Made by a program: the position numbers and the translations under genes
Shown: positions 63,379 through 64,000 of the stretch, piece after piece
Layout of the letters: each line of letters starts with the position of its first letter
Position numbering within the stretch: position 1 is the first letter of the stretch
The notes under the pieces: model-generated
What the model was told of the DNA's origin: nothing
The model's database searches: none
Seen by the model: the letters and a program-made list of their open reading frames with translations, nothing else
NCBI RefSeq assembly: GCF_964204865.1
Contig: NC_135258.1
Coordinates: forward strand, 7,936,001 to 8,000,000
Direction of reading: 5' to 3'
Source: Styela clava
Taxonomy: Eukaryota
Length of the DNA stretch: 64,000 nt

Positions 63379-64000
63379 TGGCTTCCGTAGACTGAATCAA
63401 ATAGAATATATTCATATGTTTCTTTCAGTTTGTTAATGGTAGTGGTTTGTAGATCATTATGAAAACTTTGGGCATTTGAATGAAGGTAGCTACAGGCGGA
63501 CAGAATAAACAAAATCTAGATTAGTTAACTTTATTTATTGCTTTAACTTTGTTATTGCTCTGCATAAGTTGTAGCCTACAAACTAACGTAATTTCAACAT
63601 ATGGTTGATTTAGGAGATAGCATGTGGCTGGCTACAGCTCTTTGCTCGGTGTCTGATAGTGCGTATATGTGCACTTGGTGCAAGAACATCAGAGCAAGAA
63701 TAAAAACGGCTACATCAGGCGGTTCAACGTTCTCGCATCATACTCAAGCCAATTTCATTGTGTAACTCTTTGTACGACCGAATCGAAACATTATCAAGCC
63801 CTCAGTTTTCTCACGGGAACCCGTCCGGACACCTATCGATCCTGGGATATTTCGTGCAAGCCCCCGTCCCTAATGCAAAATTGTGACCGCCGCGTTTTAA
63901 AATAACAAATTATTAATTACCAAGTTGGGGTTCGCGTTTGGGTTAGAAATGATTTGAAAATTTGGACTCCCAGCGCAATCGGCATTACCAAACCCTAACT

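Overview
This is AT-rich animal genomic DNA with spliceosomal GT-AG introns. An ascidian (tunicate) source is plausible but is inference only. The window is a head-to-tail tandem array of ficolin-like innate-immune genes on the + strand. Each has six exons encoding a signal peptide, a [LF]GTC-x3-C motif, 8 Gly-X-Y collagen triplets, a CC plus short coiled-coil neck, and a fibrinogen-related domain (FReD). Four copies are intact (8341-11435, 16289-19395, 46076-49055, 50679-54207). One has a +1 frameshift in its last exon (33703-36762). One is a headless exon 2-6 copy made by a near-perfect 4419-bp tandem duplication (55885-58626). Three more are relics (22375-22625, 39678-39763, 62960-63378). 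Paralogs differ at the collagen MASP-docking lysine (PGKRGP vs PGERGP) and at residues of the predicted FReD ligand pocket, and one copy looks mosaic. Intergenic DNA is dense with transposons, and paralogous empty sites define their ends and target-site duplications. The largest is a three-level nest: a 5'-truncated CR1/L2-group LINE with an open ORF2, inside a decayed Academ DNA transposon, inside an AT-TSD (ISL2EU-like) MITE. There are also hAT, Tc1/pogo and 8-bp-TSD foldback MITEs and a tRNA-derived SINE. All comparisons were made by eye; no alignment or database search was run.
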